Shown here: piece by piece, positions 1 through 11,446 of the stretch | Position numbering within the stretch: the stretch's first letter is position 1 | How the letters are laid out: each line of letters opens with the position of its first letter | Assembly (NCBI GenBank): GCA_963662275.1 | Contig: OY759316.1 | Location: 480,001 to 544,000, forward strand | Direction: 5' to 3' | Length of the DNA stretch: 64,000 nt | From: Candidatus Cloacimonadales bacterium | GTDB taxonomy: Bacteria > Cloacimonadota > Cloacimonadia > Cloacimonadales > DAONDQ01 | Made by a program: the position numbers and the translations under genes | Notes under the pieces: generated by a model | Told to the model about the DNA's origin: nothing | The model's database searches: none | What the model saw: the letters and a program-made list of their open reading frames with translations, nothing else

Positions 1-789
1 ATTATCTATGGCTTCATTAACCTTGGAAGTAATTCCTATATTGATTGTCTGATCAAGTACCTGGATAATATCCGTGAGATTTTTCTTACTTCTCAGCTTG
101 GAATTGACTTTCAATCCAACTATATGATTCACATTTAAATCCGCCAGGATATCAGCAGGCATATTCTGGCTGATTCCACCATCAATGTAAAGCTGACCAT
201 CCAATTCATAAGGATGAAAAATACTGGGAATTGACATTGAGGCTCTAATTGCTTCATTGAGTGGACCTGAGGAGAATACTTTTTCCTTGCCTGTGACAAG
301 ATTCGTTGCTACACATCTGAATGGAATAGGAAGATCATCATAATTATTGATGTTTAAAGCTGGATAGAACAGTTTAAACAGTAATTCTTCAATCCGTTCC
401 CCGGGAATGAATCCAGAAGGTAGATTAGGTATAAATCCATTATTAATGGTGAATGAATAATTACCGTAAGGTGCCCAGCGTTTCTGGCTAACAGATAGAT
501 CAGCACGTGAAATTGAATCATCAAATAATTGATCCCAATCAACATGAACGCAGAGACTCTCAATCTCGGTCGCTGAATATCCCATCGCATAAAGTGCACC
601 AACAATAGCACCGATACTTGTTCCAGAGATAGCATCTATGGGAAGACCAACTTCATCGATCACTTTCAGCATCCCGATATGTGCAAATCCCCTTGCACCA
701 CCACCGCTTAGGGCGAGTCCAATTCGCTCAACTGCTCCTAAAGAACTTAGGTAGAGTAAAATCAAGACAAGAATAATGACTTTATTCAC
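1..789 (-). CDS. Patatin-like phospholipase with signal peptide (C-terminus runs off the window)
   Basis: Manual translation from GTG at 789 gives GLALSGGGARGFAHIG, GTSIGA (GxSxG) and YIDGGI (DGG) motifs. Not in the ORF track because it is truncated. Confidence 0.9.
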   Translation of the reverse strand, partial: MNKVIILVLILLYLSSLGAVERIGLALSGGGARGFAHIGMLKVIDEVGLPIDAISGTSIGAIVGALYAMGYSATEIESLCVHVDWDQLFDDSISRADLSVSQKRWAPYGNYSFTINNGFIPNLPSGFIPGERIEELLFKLFYPALNINNYDDLPIPFRCVATNLVTGKEKVFSSGPLNEAIRASMSIPSIFHPYELDGQLYIDGGISQNMPADILADLNVNHIVGLKVNSKLRSKKNLTDIIQVLDQTINIGITSKVNEAIDN

Positions 790-818
790 AATACCTACTT
801 CCTTGAAGAAGAAAACGA

Positions 819-1382
819 CTATCGTTTATCTTCTGTAGGGGGTTCATTGGTTGGCGTTTGAACCTTGAAATTTATTTCTCCAAATACTGCATTTGCTTCA
901 ATTCGCATGACTTTAAGCGAATCATTATCTGATTTGATCTTATAAGTATCCTGCCCAAAAAAGCTGATATCACGGGTAGGAAGATGAACTTGTCCAAAAA
1001 CGGTATTCACATCAATTTCCGTGGGAATATTCTCATTCAAAAGAACAGTACCTGAACCGAAGATAACATTGATCTCTCTTTTTTTAAATTGGTCTAATGC
1101 ATCTCCCTTTGTCAAATCGATTAAACCAGAACCAAACACAATATTAAAATCTCGGTTCATGCTTGAGCTTTCCCAGTGCCTGTCATCGAAAATAGTCGCA
1201 GAACGAATCTTAGCTCCAGACACTCCCATAATGATCTTGATACCAATGAGAATAATGATCAATCCAAAAAAGATTCGTAAGAGCGGTAAATTAATATTGA
1301 ATGCTCGCAGTATGATGCCGAGTCCTATTAATAAGATGATCATACCCCAAAAAAAGGAACCAAATACAAAATGCATCTTCAT
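819..1382 (-). CDS. LiaF/DUF2154-like membrane protein
   Basis: Two N-terminal TM helices (FWGMIILLIGLG), then repeated 'N.VFG' beta motifs. Confidence 0.7.
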   Translation of the reverse strand: MKMHFVFGSFFWGMIILLIGLGIILRAFNINLPLLRIFFGLIIILIGIKIIMGVSGAKIRSATIFDDRHWESSSMNRDFNIVFGSGLIDLTKGDALDQFKKREINVIFGSGTVLLNENIPTEIDVNTVFGQVHLPTRDISFFGQDTYKIKSDNDSLKVMRIEANAVFGEINFKVQTPTNEPPTEDKR

Positions 1383-1446
1383 TTCCTCTCCTGAATATTT
1401 GTTAGTGTGTGATCCCAGTTAACTCAAATAACCGGGTATTAACATA

Positions 1447-3657
1447 TTATAATGGAAGACCTTTCTCCCAGAGCTGTTTCATTTCTTCTACAGGAAGAAA
1501 TATATTGCTGTCAACAATTAGATTTGAAGTAATGACTTTACCAATAATTAAATATGGATATTCTAGTTCTTTAATCATGGTTTCAACCTTCTTTATATTC
1601 ACAGGATTTATTGATATGACAATCCTGCCGTGGGATTCGCCAAAATACTCGAGATCAGGACGATACACCGGATTCAATATGATTTCAGCACCCAGTATCG
1701 TACCATCAGCTTTCAGGCATGACTCAGCGATAGAAATAACAAGTCCTCCATCTGAACAGTCATGTGCAGATTGTAAAAGTCCTTCATGATTGAGAGATAT
1801 CACTAATTCATGTAACCTTTTTTCCTGTTCCAAATCAACAAAGGGCGGAAAACCAGCCACCATACCATGAATCGTTTTTAAATATTCTGAACCACCTACC
1901 TGATCATTTCTATTTCCCAAAAGAATGATCATATCACCCTCTTCCTTGAATTCCTGGGTTAGGATATGATCAATGTCTAAAATTAATCCCAACATTCCAA
2001 TCGTTGGTGTAGGGTAGATAGCTCCTTTTGGATTTTCGTTATAAAAAGATACATTCCCTCCAGTTACAGGCGTATTAAAAGCTCTACATGCATCTGACAT
2101 TCCTCTTATCGCTTCTGAGAATGTCCAGTATACTTCCGGCTTGTAAGGATTTCCAAAGTTAAGACAATTCGTGATTGCCAATGGTTTGGCACCACTACAT
2201 ACTACATTTCTTGCCGATTCAGCTACAGCTCCCTTCGTTCCTTCATAGGGATCAAGATAACAATGACGTCCATTACAATCCGTTGACATTGCTAATGCTT
2301 TACGAGTACCACTGACATGAACTACAGCAGCATCAGAACCAGGCTCAACCATTGTATTCACTTGCACCATGTGATCATATTGCCGGAAGATCGGACGTTT
2401 ACTTGCTAAATTGGCAGATGAAATTAATTGTTTTATAACAAGATTATAGTCCGCTGGTTCCGGAACATCCTGTACATTCAATTGGTTCACTATCTTTAAA
2501 TAGGAAGGCTTCTGCATCTCTCTCTGATATACGGGAGCATCACCACCCAGGACAAGCATTCTTGCCGGTAGTTCAGCTTTCATAATATCATTTTCCATGA
2601 TTCTCAGCATGCCATCATTCGTTACCTTTCCGATAACTACCGCTGATAAATCCCACTTATGAAAGATGGCTTCCAGAGCCTTGAATTTCTCTGGTTCAAC
2701 AATAATGAGCATCCTCTCCTGTGATTCAGAAAGCATGATTTCATAACTGCTCATGCCAGTTTCTCGTTTGGGGACTAGAGCTACATCAAGTTCAATTCCA
2801 ACTTCTGTCTTTCCAGCCATTTCGCTGCTGGAACAGGTAAGACCGGCTGCACCCATATCTTGGATTGCCACTACCAATCCCTGCTGTATGACTTCTAATG
2901 TAGCTTCCAATAGGAGCTTTTCCATAAAAGGATCACCCACTTGAACAGCGGTTCGCCTTTCTTCCGATTCCTCTGTTAACTCAACGGATGCAAATGTAGC
3001 TCCATGAATACCATCGCGTCCTGTTTTTGCACCAACGTAAACAACACTGTTACCTATTCCCTGTGCCGCTGACTTGGCAAGATGTCCTTGTTTAAGAATA
3101 CCCACAGCCATGGCGTTAACTAAGGGATTACCTTCATAACTATCTTCAAAATATACTTCACCACCAATAGTTGGTACACCGAAACAGTTACCGTAATCAG
3201 CAATACCATTCACAACTTCCCGAATCAGGTGTTTTACCTGCGGATCATTAGGATTACCAAAACGCAATGAATCCAAAACAGCGACTGGTCTTGCACCCAT
3301 TGTGAAGATATCCCTTAGAATGCCTCCAACACCAGTTGCTGCCCCATGATACGGTTCAACGGCAGAAGGATGGTTATGGCTTTCGATTTTAAATGAGACT
3401 GCCAATCCATCACCGATATCAACGACCCCTGCATTTTCTTCCCCTGCTTTTACTAAGATAGCAGACCCATCTTTGGGAAGGGTTTTTAGAAGACGAATTG
3501 AATTCTTATAACTTGCATGTTCTGACCACATGACAGAGATAATACCAAGTTCAGTAAATGTTGGCACACGTTTGATGGTGTTCAGTATTTTTGTATATTC
3601 TTCTGAATTGATACCATGTTCCCTGATCAATTCTTCGGTGATTGTGGGTTCTTGCAT
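1447..3657 (-). CDS. purL: Phosphoribosylformylglycinamidine synthase subunit PurL
   Basis: [33 protein letters not shown] and SESQERM motifs; 736 aa small-type PurL. Confidence 0.98.
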   Translation of the reverse strand: MQEPTITEELIREHGINSEEYTKILNTIKRVPTFTELGIISVMWSEHASYKNSIRLLKTLPKDGSAILVKAGEENAGVVDIGDGLAVSFKIESHNHPSAVEPYHGAATGVGGILRDIFTMGARPVAVLDSLRFGNPNDPQVKHLIREVVNGIADYGNCFGVPTIGGEVYFEDSYEGNPLVNAMAVGILKQGHLAKSAAQGIGNSVVYVGAKTGRDGIHGATFASVELTEESEERRTAVQVGDPFMEKLLLEATLEVIQQGLVVAIQDMGAAGLTCSSSEMAGKTEVGIELDVALVPKRETGMSSYEIMLSESQERMLIIVEPEKFKALEAIFHKWDLSAVVIGKVTNDGMLRIMENDIMKAELPARMLVLGGDAPVYQREMQKPSYLKIVNQLNVQDVPEPADYNLVIKQLISSANLASKRPIFRQYDHMVQVNTMVEPGSDAAVVHVSGTRKALAMSTDCNGRHCYLDPYEGTKGAVAESARNVVCSGAKPLAITNCLNFGNPYKPEVYWTFSEAIRGMSDACRAFNTPVTGGNVSFYNENPKGAIYPTPTIGMLGLILDIDHILTQEFKEEGDMIILLGNRNDQVGGSEYLKTIHGMVAGFPPFVDLEQEKRLHELVISLNHEGLLQSAHDCSDGGLVISIAESCLKADGTILGAEIILNPVYRPDLEYFGESHGRIVISINPVNIKKVETMIKELEYPYLIIGKVITSNLIVDSNIFLPVEEMKQLWEKGLPL

Positions 3658-3667
3658 TGCCAGCCCT

Positions 3668-4747
3668 TTATTTCTGATCTATTTCAGTCAGCATTTTAAT
3701 GAGTACGTTAATCCTGTCACTGATGATATCATAAGTGATTCTGTAATCTTCAATTTCTTTTTGATAAGGATCATCAATATTACCTTCAAAGCCAGTAAAT
3801 TCATTGAGTGAAAAAATCTTATAAGCGTATTGCGGATAGAGATTGCGCAAAAATGTCTTCTGTTGTATTTCCATGGTTAGGATCAGCCAACTTGAACTGA
3901 GCTGGTCTATATCCAGTAGATGAGAAAAATGCTGGCTGGCATTGATCTGATTTTCCATAAGAACTTGAAGAGAGTTCCTGGAGATAGGAACTCCACTATT
4001 AATCATACCTGCTGAAGAGGTTCTATAGGGCATTCCTGTTCTTTCAAAAATCATTCTTGCCAAGTATTCTGCCATGGGGCTGCGGCAGATATTACCAGTA
4101 CAGGTAAATAGAATCTGGGGGTGCTGAAAAGATGCTTTTATCTCATAGTAGTGTACTGAACCTTCCCGATGACATTTCAACTGATTATTTTGGAACTCAA
4201 TGACGGTTGAAGGTTCATCTTCCGTGATAATTTCACGCTTTGAAGGTAGAAAACCAAGATCAAACCAGCCAGATACTTTTTTCCGAATTTCATTGATATC
4301 AGACATAAATGGCATACCGGCTTTATTTACACTTGTAGAGACTATTGGCTCTCCAATTGAATAGATGAGTTCCTGCAGCATAGGTTGATAAGGAACTCTT
4401 ATCGCCACCTTTCCATTTTCGGTCAGATAAGTTATCCTTTCATCTTCACAGGGGATAATAAATGTCACATTTCCAGGCCAATATTGTTCGATAAGTTTGG
4501 TTTCTTCATTTGTTCTCTTGATATTCAGTTTATCCAGCCATGTGATATCCGGAATCAGGATGATATATCCCTTACTAGAAGGTCTTTGTTTCAGCTTGTC
4601 AATCTTTTCTATACTTTCTTTATGAAATGCTGAACAACCGATGCCGAACAAATTTCCAGTATAATGCAGAAATATGGCGTCTGCAAACCATCTTTTTTTT
4701 AGCAGACCAGGTATTTCTTCGGGGGTTAAATTTTGAAATAGCTTCAA
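3668..4747 (-). CDS. Fusion of TsaC/Sua5 (YrdC) threonylcarbamoyl-AMP synthase domain and low-molecular-weight protein phosphatase
   Basis: N-terminal part has [25 protein letters not shown] and PSTVI; C-terminal part has the [13 protein letters not shown]-loop and DDPY. Confidence 0.88.
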   Translation of the reverse strand: MKLFQNLTPEEIPGLLKKRWFADAIFLHYTGNLFGIGCSAFHKESIEKIDKLKQRPSSKGYIILIPDITWLDKLNIKRTNEETKLIEQYWPGNVTFIIPCEDERITYLTENGKVAIRVPYQPMLQELIYSIGEPIVSTSVNKAGMPFMSDINEIRKKVSGWFDLGFLPSKREIITEDEPSTVIEFQNNQLKCHREGSVHYYEIKASFQHPQILFTCTGNICRSPMAEYLARMIFERTGMPYRTSSAGMINSGVPISRNSLQVLMENQINASQHFSHLLDIDQLSSSWLILTMEIQQKTFLRNLYPQYAYKIFSLNEFTGFEGNIDDPYQKEIEDYRITYDIISDRINVLIKMLTEIDQK

Positions 4748-4762
4748 CGCATCCCCTTTCTT

Positions 4763-5896
4763 TTATTGTAAATAGACCAAAGGATTAACGGGTTTACCGT
4801 TTTTTCTAAGCTCAAAATGCACAGATGGTTCTTTTGCTGAACCTGTTTTACCGGATAGGGCAATGGCTTGCCCTTTCTTAACTTGTTGACCCTTACTAAC
4901 ACTTAGGGAACTGTTGTAGGCATAAAGTGAATAAAAACCATTTTTATGATCAATAATAACGAGCTTCCCCTGTCCTCCAAACCGATCTGCAAATACAACT
5001 TCTCCATTATCGACCGATCCAACTGTGGATCCTTCAGGAACGGCAATATCAATGCCATTGCTGATAATACTTGTATCATACAATGCATTCTTTTCTTCCC
5101 CAAAATTCCGGATGATATTTCCTCTCACAGGCCAAGGTAGTCGATTCGAGCTAAACTTATATGTTTTCGGTTCATTACCGGCTTCAATATCCAGCTTTGA
5201 AATCAATCGCTCCAGTTCCCTGGCATCCTGGCGCAACTGATCTATTTTCTTCAAATACTGAGTTTTTTCTTTTTCCAGACGACCAACTTCTTTCTGGAGA
5301 TTTTTCATCTGAGCCATATACTGAATGCTTTTCTTCGTCTCTTTGATCTTAGATGAATGAATTTGAGTAAAGACTGCCTGCTTTTCCTGTTTTACTTCCA
5401 GAAGCTCATTGCGTTGCGTAGTCTTTTGATGTATTGATTTGACTGTCGCACTTGCCAACAGGGAAAGAAACATTTTATCAGTTGTCTTTGAAGATGAATA
5501 TCTATCCTGGTAATCCAGGTAGAATAATTTGATGAATTCTTCACTGCAAACACGCTGTAAAGATTCCAGTTCAGTCTCTGCAAATTGAAGTTCACGAGTA
5601 GATTGCACTAATGTTTTCTTGGCTTGATTCTCAACTACAGCTAACTGCTTCACTGTTTTATCAATGACCTGCTTCTGGTTTTTTACATCGGTCACTTTCT
5701 TGGAATTCAGTTTCTGCTTATCTTCAGCTTTCCTAATTGCCTCTTGATTTTTTTGTATTTGATTTTCAATCTCTTCCAGTTGACGCTTTTTGTCATCCAA
5801 ATCCAAGGCATAGAATGACTTGGATATTGACCATAAGAGAAGTATATAAAGAATCATTCGACATATAGAACGGAAAGACAAAGTGAAACTCCTCAT
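4763..5896 (-). CDS. EnvC-like coiled-coil M23 peptidase-domain protein
   Basis: Signal peptide, long coiled coil, and an M23 domain with degenerate Zn ligands (NGIDI, HFE) as in EnvC. Confidence 0.85.
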   Translation of the reverse strand: MRSFTLSFRSICRMILYILLLWSISKSFYALDLDDKKRQLEEIENQIQKNQEAIRKAEDKQKLNSKKVTDVKNQKQVIDKTVKQLAVVENQAKKTLVQSTRELQFAETELESLQRVCSEEFIKLFYLDYQDRYSSSKTTDKMFLSLLASATVKSIHQKTTQRNELLEVKQEKQAVFTQIHSSKIKETKKSIQYMAQMKNLQKEVGRLEKEKTQYLKKIDQLRQDARELERLISKLDIEAGNEPKTYKFSSNRLPWPVRGNIIRNFGEEKNALYDTSIISNGIDIAVPEGSTVGSVDNGEVVFADRFGGQGKLVIIDHKNGFYSLYAYNSSLSVSKGQQVKKGQAIALSGKTGSAKEPSVHFELRKNGKPVNPLVYLQ

Positions 5897-5951
5897 CAGG
5901 AGAACCTGAAATTTACCCGTAAATGGTTATTAACAACTATGATCTTAGTGA

Positions 5952-5977
5952 GTCATCCTTTGCAGAAGTAAGGATCT
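5952..5977. repeat. Short palindromic dispersed-repeat-like element (gtcatcct...aggatct)
   Basis: gtcatcctttgcagaagtaaggatct forms an atcctt/aaggat stem. Single copy in this window. Confidence 0.35.
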
Positions 5978-6023
5978 TCTGCTCTGCATCCAACCTGGCA
6001 CCTAGCCCCTTCTGCATTTGATT

Positions 6024-6476
6024 TTACATTTCCTTCAAGACGACTTCATCATAAAGCTGTTCAAAATAGAGCTTGTGCTGTTTTTCTTCTTGGGAAAGAC
6101 GTTGAAATAGCTTCTCCAATTCTGAATCCTGGAAACGTAATGCCATTTCTGAATATAATTTCAGAGAGTTCTCCTCACGCTTCATCGCCGTGATCAGGAT
6201 ACCTTGGTAATCAAGATTTTCCAGTCCTGGCTCAGCACTGATAAACTCGCTGATATGCAGGTCTTTCACATCCTGGAGATCAACTTTACTAATTCCCTTG
6301 TGTCGTAACCCTTCAATCATTTTGATATGACCCTGTTCCATTGTCTCCAGTTCTTTAAGCATTTGAATCATACCTTCAAATTTGGCTTTCTTCTGTAAAT
6401 CCTGGTAGAACTTCACTGCTTCTTTCTCACGATCAGAGGCAAAAGTAAGGATTTCATTAAATTGCTCTTGTGTCAT
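6024..6476 (-). CDS. Ferritin-like (rubrerythrin diiron domain) protein
   Basis: Duplicated E..A..FY and ExxH (EQGH, EKQH) motifs; RBS aaggag. Confidence 0.88.
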   Translation of the reverse strand: MTQEQFNEILTFASDREKEAVKFYQDLQKKAKFEGMIQMLKELETMEQGHIKMIEGLRHKGISKVDLQDVKDLHISEFISAEPGLENLDYQGILITAMKREENSLKLYSEMALRFQDSELEKLFQRLSQEEKQHKLYFEQLYDEVVLKEM

Positions 6477-6557
6477 TTTTACTCCTTATCGCTATTTATC
6501 TTTGTTTCATAGATTGAAAATGAGGGAATTTTGGGCAAGAAATTTCTCTGATTACTA

Positions 6558-6625
6558 TAACTCCACCTTAAGAAAGTTGGTAACTCCGCCATTAGAAAGT
6601 TGTTAGCTCCGCCTTGAGACGGTTG
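6558..6625 (+). repeat. Three degenerate tandem ~23-bp REP-like units
   Basis: taactccaccttaagaaagttg / gtaactccgccattagaaagttg / ttagctccgccttgagacggttg. Same family as gtagctccgcatttacgcggttg at 34420 and 34449. Confidence 0.65.
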
Positions 6626-6677
6626 AAAATTGGAGCGCTGATTTCTTATCGGCGGATATGTCGCATTCTTTGCGACC

Positions 6678-6909
6678 AAGTCTGGAACGCCTCACCCCGT
6701 GAGGTGGCAAAACGCACCCCGTGCGTTTCAATCTTTAGTAAATCACTCAGTTCTTTTCTCATCTACGAACTCTAAATCACCAGTCAATTCATCAAGATCT
6801 TTCAAAAAAATAAATCTAACGTATTGTTCACTTGCAGCAGTGGTACTCATCAGTCTCACAGCGCACGGGGTGCGCTGTGCCACCTCACGGGGTGAGGCGT
6901 TCCAAACTT
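6678..6909. repeat. Inverted pair of ~51-bp double-hairpin elements (REPIN-like doublet)
   Basis: 6678-6728 matches the reverse complement of 6857-6909. Each copy has hairpins cctcac-ccc-gtgagg and NNNcgcac-ccc-gtgcgNNN. Confidence 0.9.
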
Positions 6910-9900
6910 GCTTCCAACTTCCTCATATATCTCATCTATCTTCACCTGCACTTCCATGGTTTTATGTAAAGCGGTAATAACCTTCTCATAATGGATGATC
7001 TCATCTGTGGAAAGGATTCTATGCTTCCTGTCTTTCAGCCATTTCTCAGCCACATGGTAACCACCGATATGATATTCCCAAATCTCAGGACTAACAGGTT
7101 CGAAGTACTGCGTTGCATTGATATAAACTCGACTCTCTTTATAAACAACCTTATCTACGGTATTAGAACCGGATATTGGGTAAGTAGCAATTGTCTGATC
7201 TAATGAAGCATCTTTCAATAAATGCAGATTTGAAAGCTTCTCACCTAATTTGGATAACTGCATAAATACTTGATATGAATCTACGAAAGGTATACGAGGG
7301 AAATCCAGTCTAAGAAATTCAGAGTATTTGGTTCTATAAATTGTTGAATGCAAGATAGATACACAATAGTAGAAAATATCCTCTGGGTTAATATCCTTCC
7401 CGTATTTCGTTTTGAGACTATTTAAGAATGCTACAGGGATATTGGAATTGTCACTTGGATCTAAATCAGAAATGAAAGAACCTTCTTCTGCCTTATGGAA
7501 ATAAAGAGGAAAAATGTAGCTATACCCCTTATTGCTTAACGTTGTACGACTGTCAGCTATGTTCTCAGTGACAATTATGTGGTTAAAAATACCTTCTGCA
7601 ACCTGCCTAACAGTGAGAATAGCTAAATTCGGTTTTAGCATATGTTGCATTACTTCATTTCTTGGAGTACAATGAAAACCACGAGATTTGCCTGTGTAAT
7701 AAGTAAAGCGAATATCGAAAGGTCTGTATAATACAGGGACTATCTTTTTCCTGTCTAATCCCGATGATTTCAAATCCTTTTGAGCAAATTCAACTTTCCA
7801 GTCCCTAGTATCTTCTCCTAAATCATACGCTATTCTTGCTTGTTCTATTGGCATATTCGCAAATTGAAGAACAGTATTCCAAGCCTGTTCAGGTGTAAAT
7901 TGCATTGTGAGATGATCCCGAGCAGTTACTATGCCAACACCATTTACGTCGAAAATATCTGTAACACTCGGATATTTCATATATTCAGAATACAAGACCT
8001 GGTTCGTCTCTTGAAGCAGATAGAAAGGTGTAACAGGTACGATGTCAGTCCAAGTAGTTGAATTGATATTATTCTTCTCCAGATAGTCATATTTTGATTC
8101 ACGCAAACCAAACAGATCAGCATGCTTGATTGTTTTAGCCTTCAGAGGCTTTGGATATTTGATAAGAAAACAAATCGCTACTCCTTGCTGTATATCAAAG
8201 ACATTTTCATCTTTACTGCCATCAGGGCTTTTCTCTTTTTTCTTACTGTTTCCATGCAGATCAAGGAAAAACATTTCATCAAAGCTCTTCATCAGTGATT
8301 GTCTCATTCCTCTAAAAGTGGGGTTATCCAAATAAGCATGATTCGTAATGAAGCCAACAACACCCTGACCACTCTGATCTATTTTCCATTGAGCAAAACG
8401 AATGAATTTTACATAATCGTCCTGCAAGCCTTTTGAGTTAGTTTCTTTCAAAGGTTTACCATCTATCTGAAAATATGCTTGGATTTCAGTTTCAGTCCAA
8501 TCCGTAACATTATCTGATTGCCCGGAATACGGTGGATTTCCCAAAACAACTAATATTGGTAATTGCTCTTTTACCTCCAAAGCTAAATCAGATTCCTCTG
8601 CAATGGATTGCATGATATTACGCATATCCGACTTTATTTCTTTTGTATCAAGCGTATTAGTCAGATAATACTTGAATCTCTCATCTTCCTGCATTTCGTA
8701 ATCATGTTCTTTCAGAATAAAAGCCATCTTCAAATGACCCATGGCATAGGGAGCCATCATCAGTTCAAATCCGTGAAAATGAGGAAGGATATGCTCCTTC
8801 ATCAACCCTTTGACAAGCCCTTTGCCAAATGCCTTTTCCTGTTCTTCACATGCGACCTCAATAGCTTTCGATAAAAAACCAAGTGTCCCACCGGCAGGAT
8901 CTAACAAAGTAACTTGTTTATCTGCCAATCCTGTTTTCTTATTAAACTTTTCTTTTAAAATGAGATTCAATGATCTGACAATATAGGATACAACAGGTTC
9001 AGGAGTATAATAGACACCTTTCTGTTTTCTTTTATCAGGATCATAATGATAGAGGAAAGTCTCATAAAAATGAATAATAGGGTCTTTGCCTTTTCCCTGT
9101 TCATAGAATTTATCCAGAATCTTATTTACGTCAGTGACAGCCAATACTTCCGAAATATCATCAATAATGGATTCCAATTGCGGTGGTATCTTTGCCAGGG
9201 AGATAAAGCTGAAAATATCCTTTAACACACCTATCGTTTGAGGAATATAGGAATATGCTGAACGACGATCGAAATCTTTTGCCTTCGTTCTTGCTGCAAA
9301 AAGACCATATGCGACAGTTTGAGCATACAAATCACTGAATTCTTCTTTTTTCAGATTATGTAAAAGTAGTTGTTTGAAAGCATCATAAAAGCCATGAAGG
9401 GGTGAATCATCATTTGCCAGTTCTTCAATGACAATCTGATCTTTTAGGAACTTAGCACGATTTGCCAATTCAATTGCAAGCTGCTTGGAAGTGGTAATTT
9501 TGGGTAAGGAGAACGAGAAGTAGAATTTCATCAATTCAAGCCATTCTGCTTCATTCTTGACAATTGGTTTTATACTTTGCCAGGAATAGAAATCACCAAC
9601 TATCACTTGATTCACTCTTTTCCCGTTTCTATAAACCCTAAACTCTATGAAATTTGTGAGAATGAGATTAGGGAAGGTATCTAAGTATCGCTTTAGCTGT
9701 TCACTTCTTTCAATTACATTTAAATCAGTGCCCAATGTTTTTGACTCAATATACCCAAAATAATGCAGCTTTCCATCCCATACCCTGAAATCGGGATTAC
9801 CTGCCTCTGTTTTCTTGGGGAGAATTGTAATATCAAAGTGTTTAAGATGCAAATTATCAGCTACAGCTTTCATAAGATCTGCAAGTTCAGAGTAAAAGCT

Positions 9901-9963
9901 TTCTTCCCGAGCATCACCACGTATATAAATGGCATAGATATTATTGAAATATTCATTCAGCAT
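6856..9963 (-). CDS. Single-chain restriction-modification enzyme (type IIG-like): PD-(D/E)xK nuclease, N6-adenine MTase and type ISP-like C-terminal specificity domain
   Basis: NPDF...YIESK nuclease motif; GVYYTPEPVV, LDPAGGT (motif I) and GNPPY (motif IV); YRPFD and DFPRIP in the C-terminal domain. No helicase motifs. Confidence 0.88.
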   Translation of the reverse strand: MLNEYFNNIYAIYIRGDAREESFYSELADLMKAVADNLHLKHFDITILPKKTEAGNPDFRVWDGKLHYFGYIESKTLGTDLNVIERSEQLKRYLDTFPNLILTNFIEFRVYRNGKRVNQVIVGDFYSWQSIKPIVKNEAEWLELMKFYFSFSLPKITTSKQLAIELANRAKFLKDQIVIEELANDDSPLHGFYDAFKQLLLHNLKKEEFSDLYAQTVAYGLFAARTKAKDFDRRSAYSYIPQTIGVLKDIFSFISLAKIPPQLESIIDDISEVLAVTDVNKILDKFYEQGKGKDPIIHFYETFLYHYDPDKRKQKGVYYTPEPVVSYIVRSLNLILKEKFNKKTGLADKQVTLLDPAGGTLGFLSKAIEVACEEQEKAFGKGLVKGLMKEHILPHFHGFELMMAPYAMGHLKMAFILKEHDYEMQEDERFKYYLTNTLDTKEIKSDMRNIMQSIAEESDLALEVKEQLPILVVLGNPPYSGQSDNVTDWTETEIQAYFQIDGKPLKETNSKGLQDDYVKFIRFAQWKIDQSGQGVVGFITNHAYLDNPTFRGMRQSLMKSFDEMFFLDLHGNSKKKEKSPDGSKDENVFDIQQGVAICFLIKYPKPLKAKTIKHADLFGLRESKYDYLEKNNINSTTWTDIVPVTPFYLLQETNQVLYSEYMKYPSVTDIFDVNGVGIVTARDHLTMQFTPEQAWNTVLQFANMPIEQARIAYDLGEDTRDWKVEFAQKDLKSSGLDRKKIVPVLYRPFDIRFTYYTGKSRGFHCTPRNEVMQHMLKPNLAILTVRQVAEGIFNHIIVTENIADSRTTLSNKGYSYIFPLYFHKAEEGSFISDLDPSDNSNIPVAFLNSLKTKYGKDINPEDIFYYCVSILHSTIYRTKYSEFLRLDFPRIPFVDSYQVFMQLSKLGEKLSNLHLLKDASLDQTIATYPISGSNTVDKVVYKESRVYINATQYFEPVSPEIWEYHIGGYHVAEKWLKDRKHRILSTDEIIHYEKVITALHKTMEVQVKIDEIYEEVGSKFGTPHPVRWHSAPRAL

Positions 9964-10158
9964 ATTGCACTCCTGAAACTGAAAAAGAAATTAACTCTTT
10001 ATGATGGCAAGGAAAATTTTTTAAAATGTGTGAATGACGAAGTATGAAATTCGAACCGGTAGCTATTCCTTTAGGTTTTGCACGGAGAGACTTCTTATGC
10101 GAAAAATACCTTGACTGAAAATTAGTGTATGAATTGAAATAAAAGAAAAGGAGTCGAT

Positions 10159-11400
10159 ATGAAAAATCATTTACATTTGTTCTGTATTTTACTTGTTTTG
10201 TTTTTTAGTGCGTGTTCATCGATTCGGTCTGATTATTATAGTGCTAAAAAAATCAATTCAATAGAAGGATATAAACGATTTTTAAAAAAACACCATTACT
10301 ATGATATATATGATTACTTAAAGCAAAATGATAAATCCCAGGAATTACTAAATAATGATGAGGTTAAATATTCTGTTGAAGTACGATCGATTTTAGATAG
10401 TCTTGAGTGGATACAGGTTAAGTCAAATTGGGAAAATTCCATTGAAGCTTATAAACAATATATTACGGAACATGAATATTGTAATTTCAAACCAAAAATT
10501 GTAACATTGATAGATAGTCTGGAATGGAATCAGACCAAACAAAGCAATAACCTTACTCAAATCGATAGTTATATTATGAATCATCAAAAATCAGCTTACA
10601 TAAAACAGGCTGAAGAGTTTCGAGAAAAACTTGTTGAAACCACTGCTTGGAATGATTGTTTAAAAATTAAGTCTTTAGAAAGTTTCGGGCAATTTAAAAG
10701 GAATTATCCCAAATCATTTCATATCAAAGAAATAGATCAATATATTGGTTCTATGGAGAATTCTGAATGGGTTAGACTGTCTGTGAAAGGCAATATAAGA
10801 GATTTGTATTATTTCCTTGAGCTTTATCCCAATTCCAATCATATTAATGATATACAAAAAATAATTCAAGCTTTCAAACAAAAAACAAAAGAACAAATAC
10901 CAGATTATATGGATGCATTATCTCAAGCTTTACTGTCATCATTTTTTGCTATTGACATAATAGATCCAAATAATAAATATATTGGAGTAAATCATCCATT
11001 GATTTTAATTTTTAATTCAGTTTCTTTAGATAAACAGGATAATGAAAATGAACTTCCTTCTATTGGAATATTTCGAGATCTAAAAGTATGTGGCAACCCA
11101 TGGAAAGAAGGTATTGCACTGAAAGGAAGTCCCGTTGATTCTATGGGAAACTCTGTGGAAACTAGGGTATCTTTCAACTCTCAAAACGAGTTACAATTTT
11201 CAAAAAGTCTCACAACTATAGATGATCCAGTTAATATCAATAAAGCATATTCAGTGGATGGTAACTACATTCTTTTTTCTACAGGAAGCATAAAGTATTA
11301 TTCTAAGAACGGATTAGGTGATTTCAATATGGGTACAAAATGCCAAATTAACAATTTATCCATAGAAAAAACAGATAAAGGGTGGACAGTTATTGATTGA
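10159..11400 (+). CDS. Hypothetical lipoprotein with helical repeats
   Basis: Lipobox FSAC and repeated 'W...k...si..y..f...yP.S.h' units. Confidence 0.7.
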   Translation: MKNHLHLFCILLVLFFSACSSIRSDYYSAKKINSIEGYKRFLKKHHYYDIYDYLKQNDKSQELLNNDEVKYSVEVRSILDSLEWIQVKSNWENSIEAYKQYITEHEYCNFKPKIVTLIDSLEWNQTKQSNNLTQIDSYIMNHQKSAYIKQAEEFREKLVETTAWNDCLKIKSLESFGQFKRNYPKSFHIKEIDQYIGSMENSEWVRLSVKGNIRDLYYFLELYPNSNHINDIQKIIQAFKQKTKEQIPDYMDALSQALLSSFFAIDIIDPNNKYIGVNHPLILIFNSVSLDKQDNENELPSIGIFRDLKVCGNPWKEGIALKGSPVDSMGNSVETRVSFNSQNELQFSKSLTTIDDPVNINKAYSVDGNYILFSTGSIKYYSKNGLGDFNMGTKCQINNLSIEKTDKGWTVID

Positions 11401-11446
11401 TATCTCATTATTTAACAGAAAGATGAAATTTTCATTCAGCTCGTAA

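Noticed and set aside
5900..6020. ncRNA (6S/SRP) between the envC-like and ferritin-like genes
   Set aside because: No diagnostic motifs; better explained by a short palindromic repeat and 7-bp repeats.
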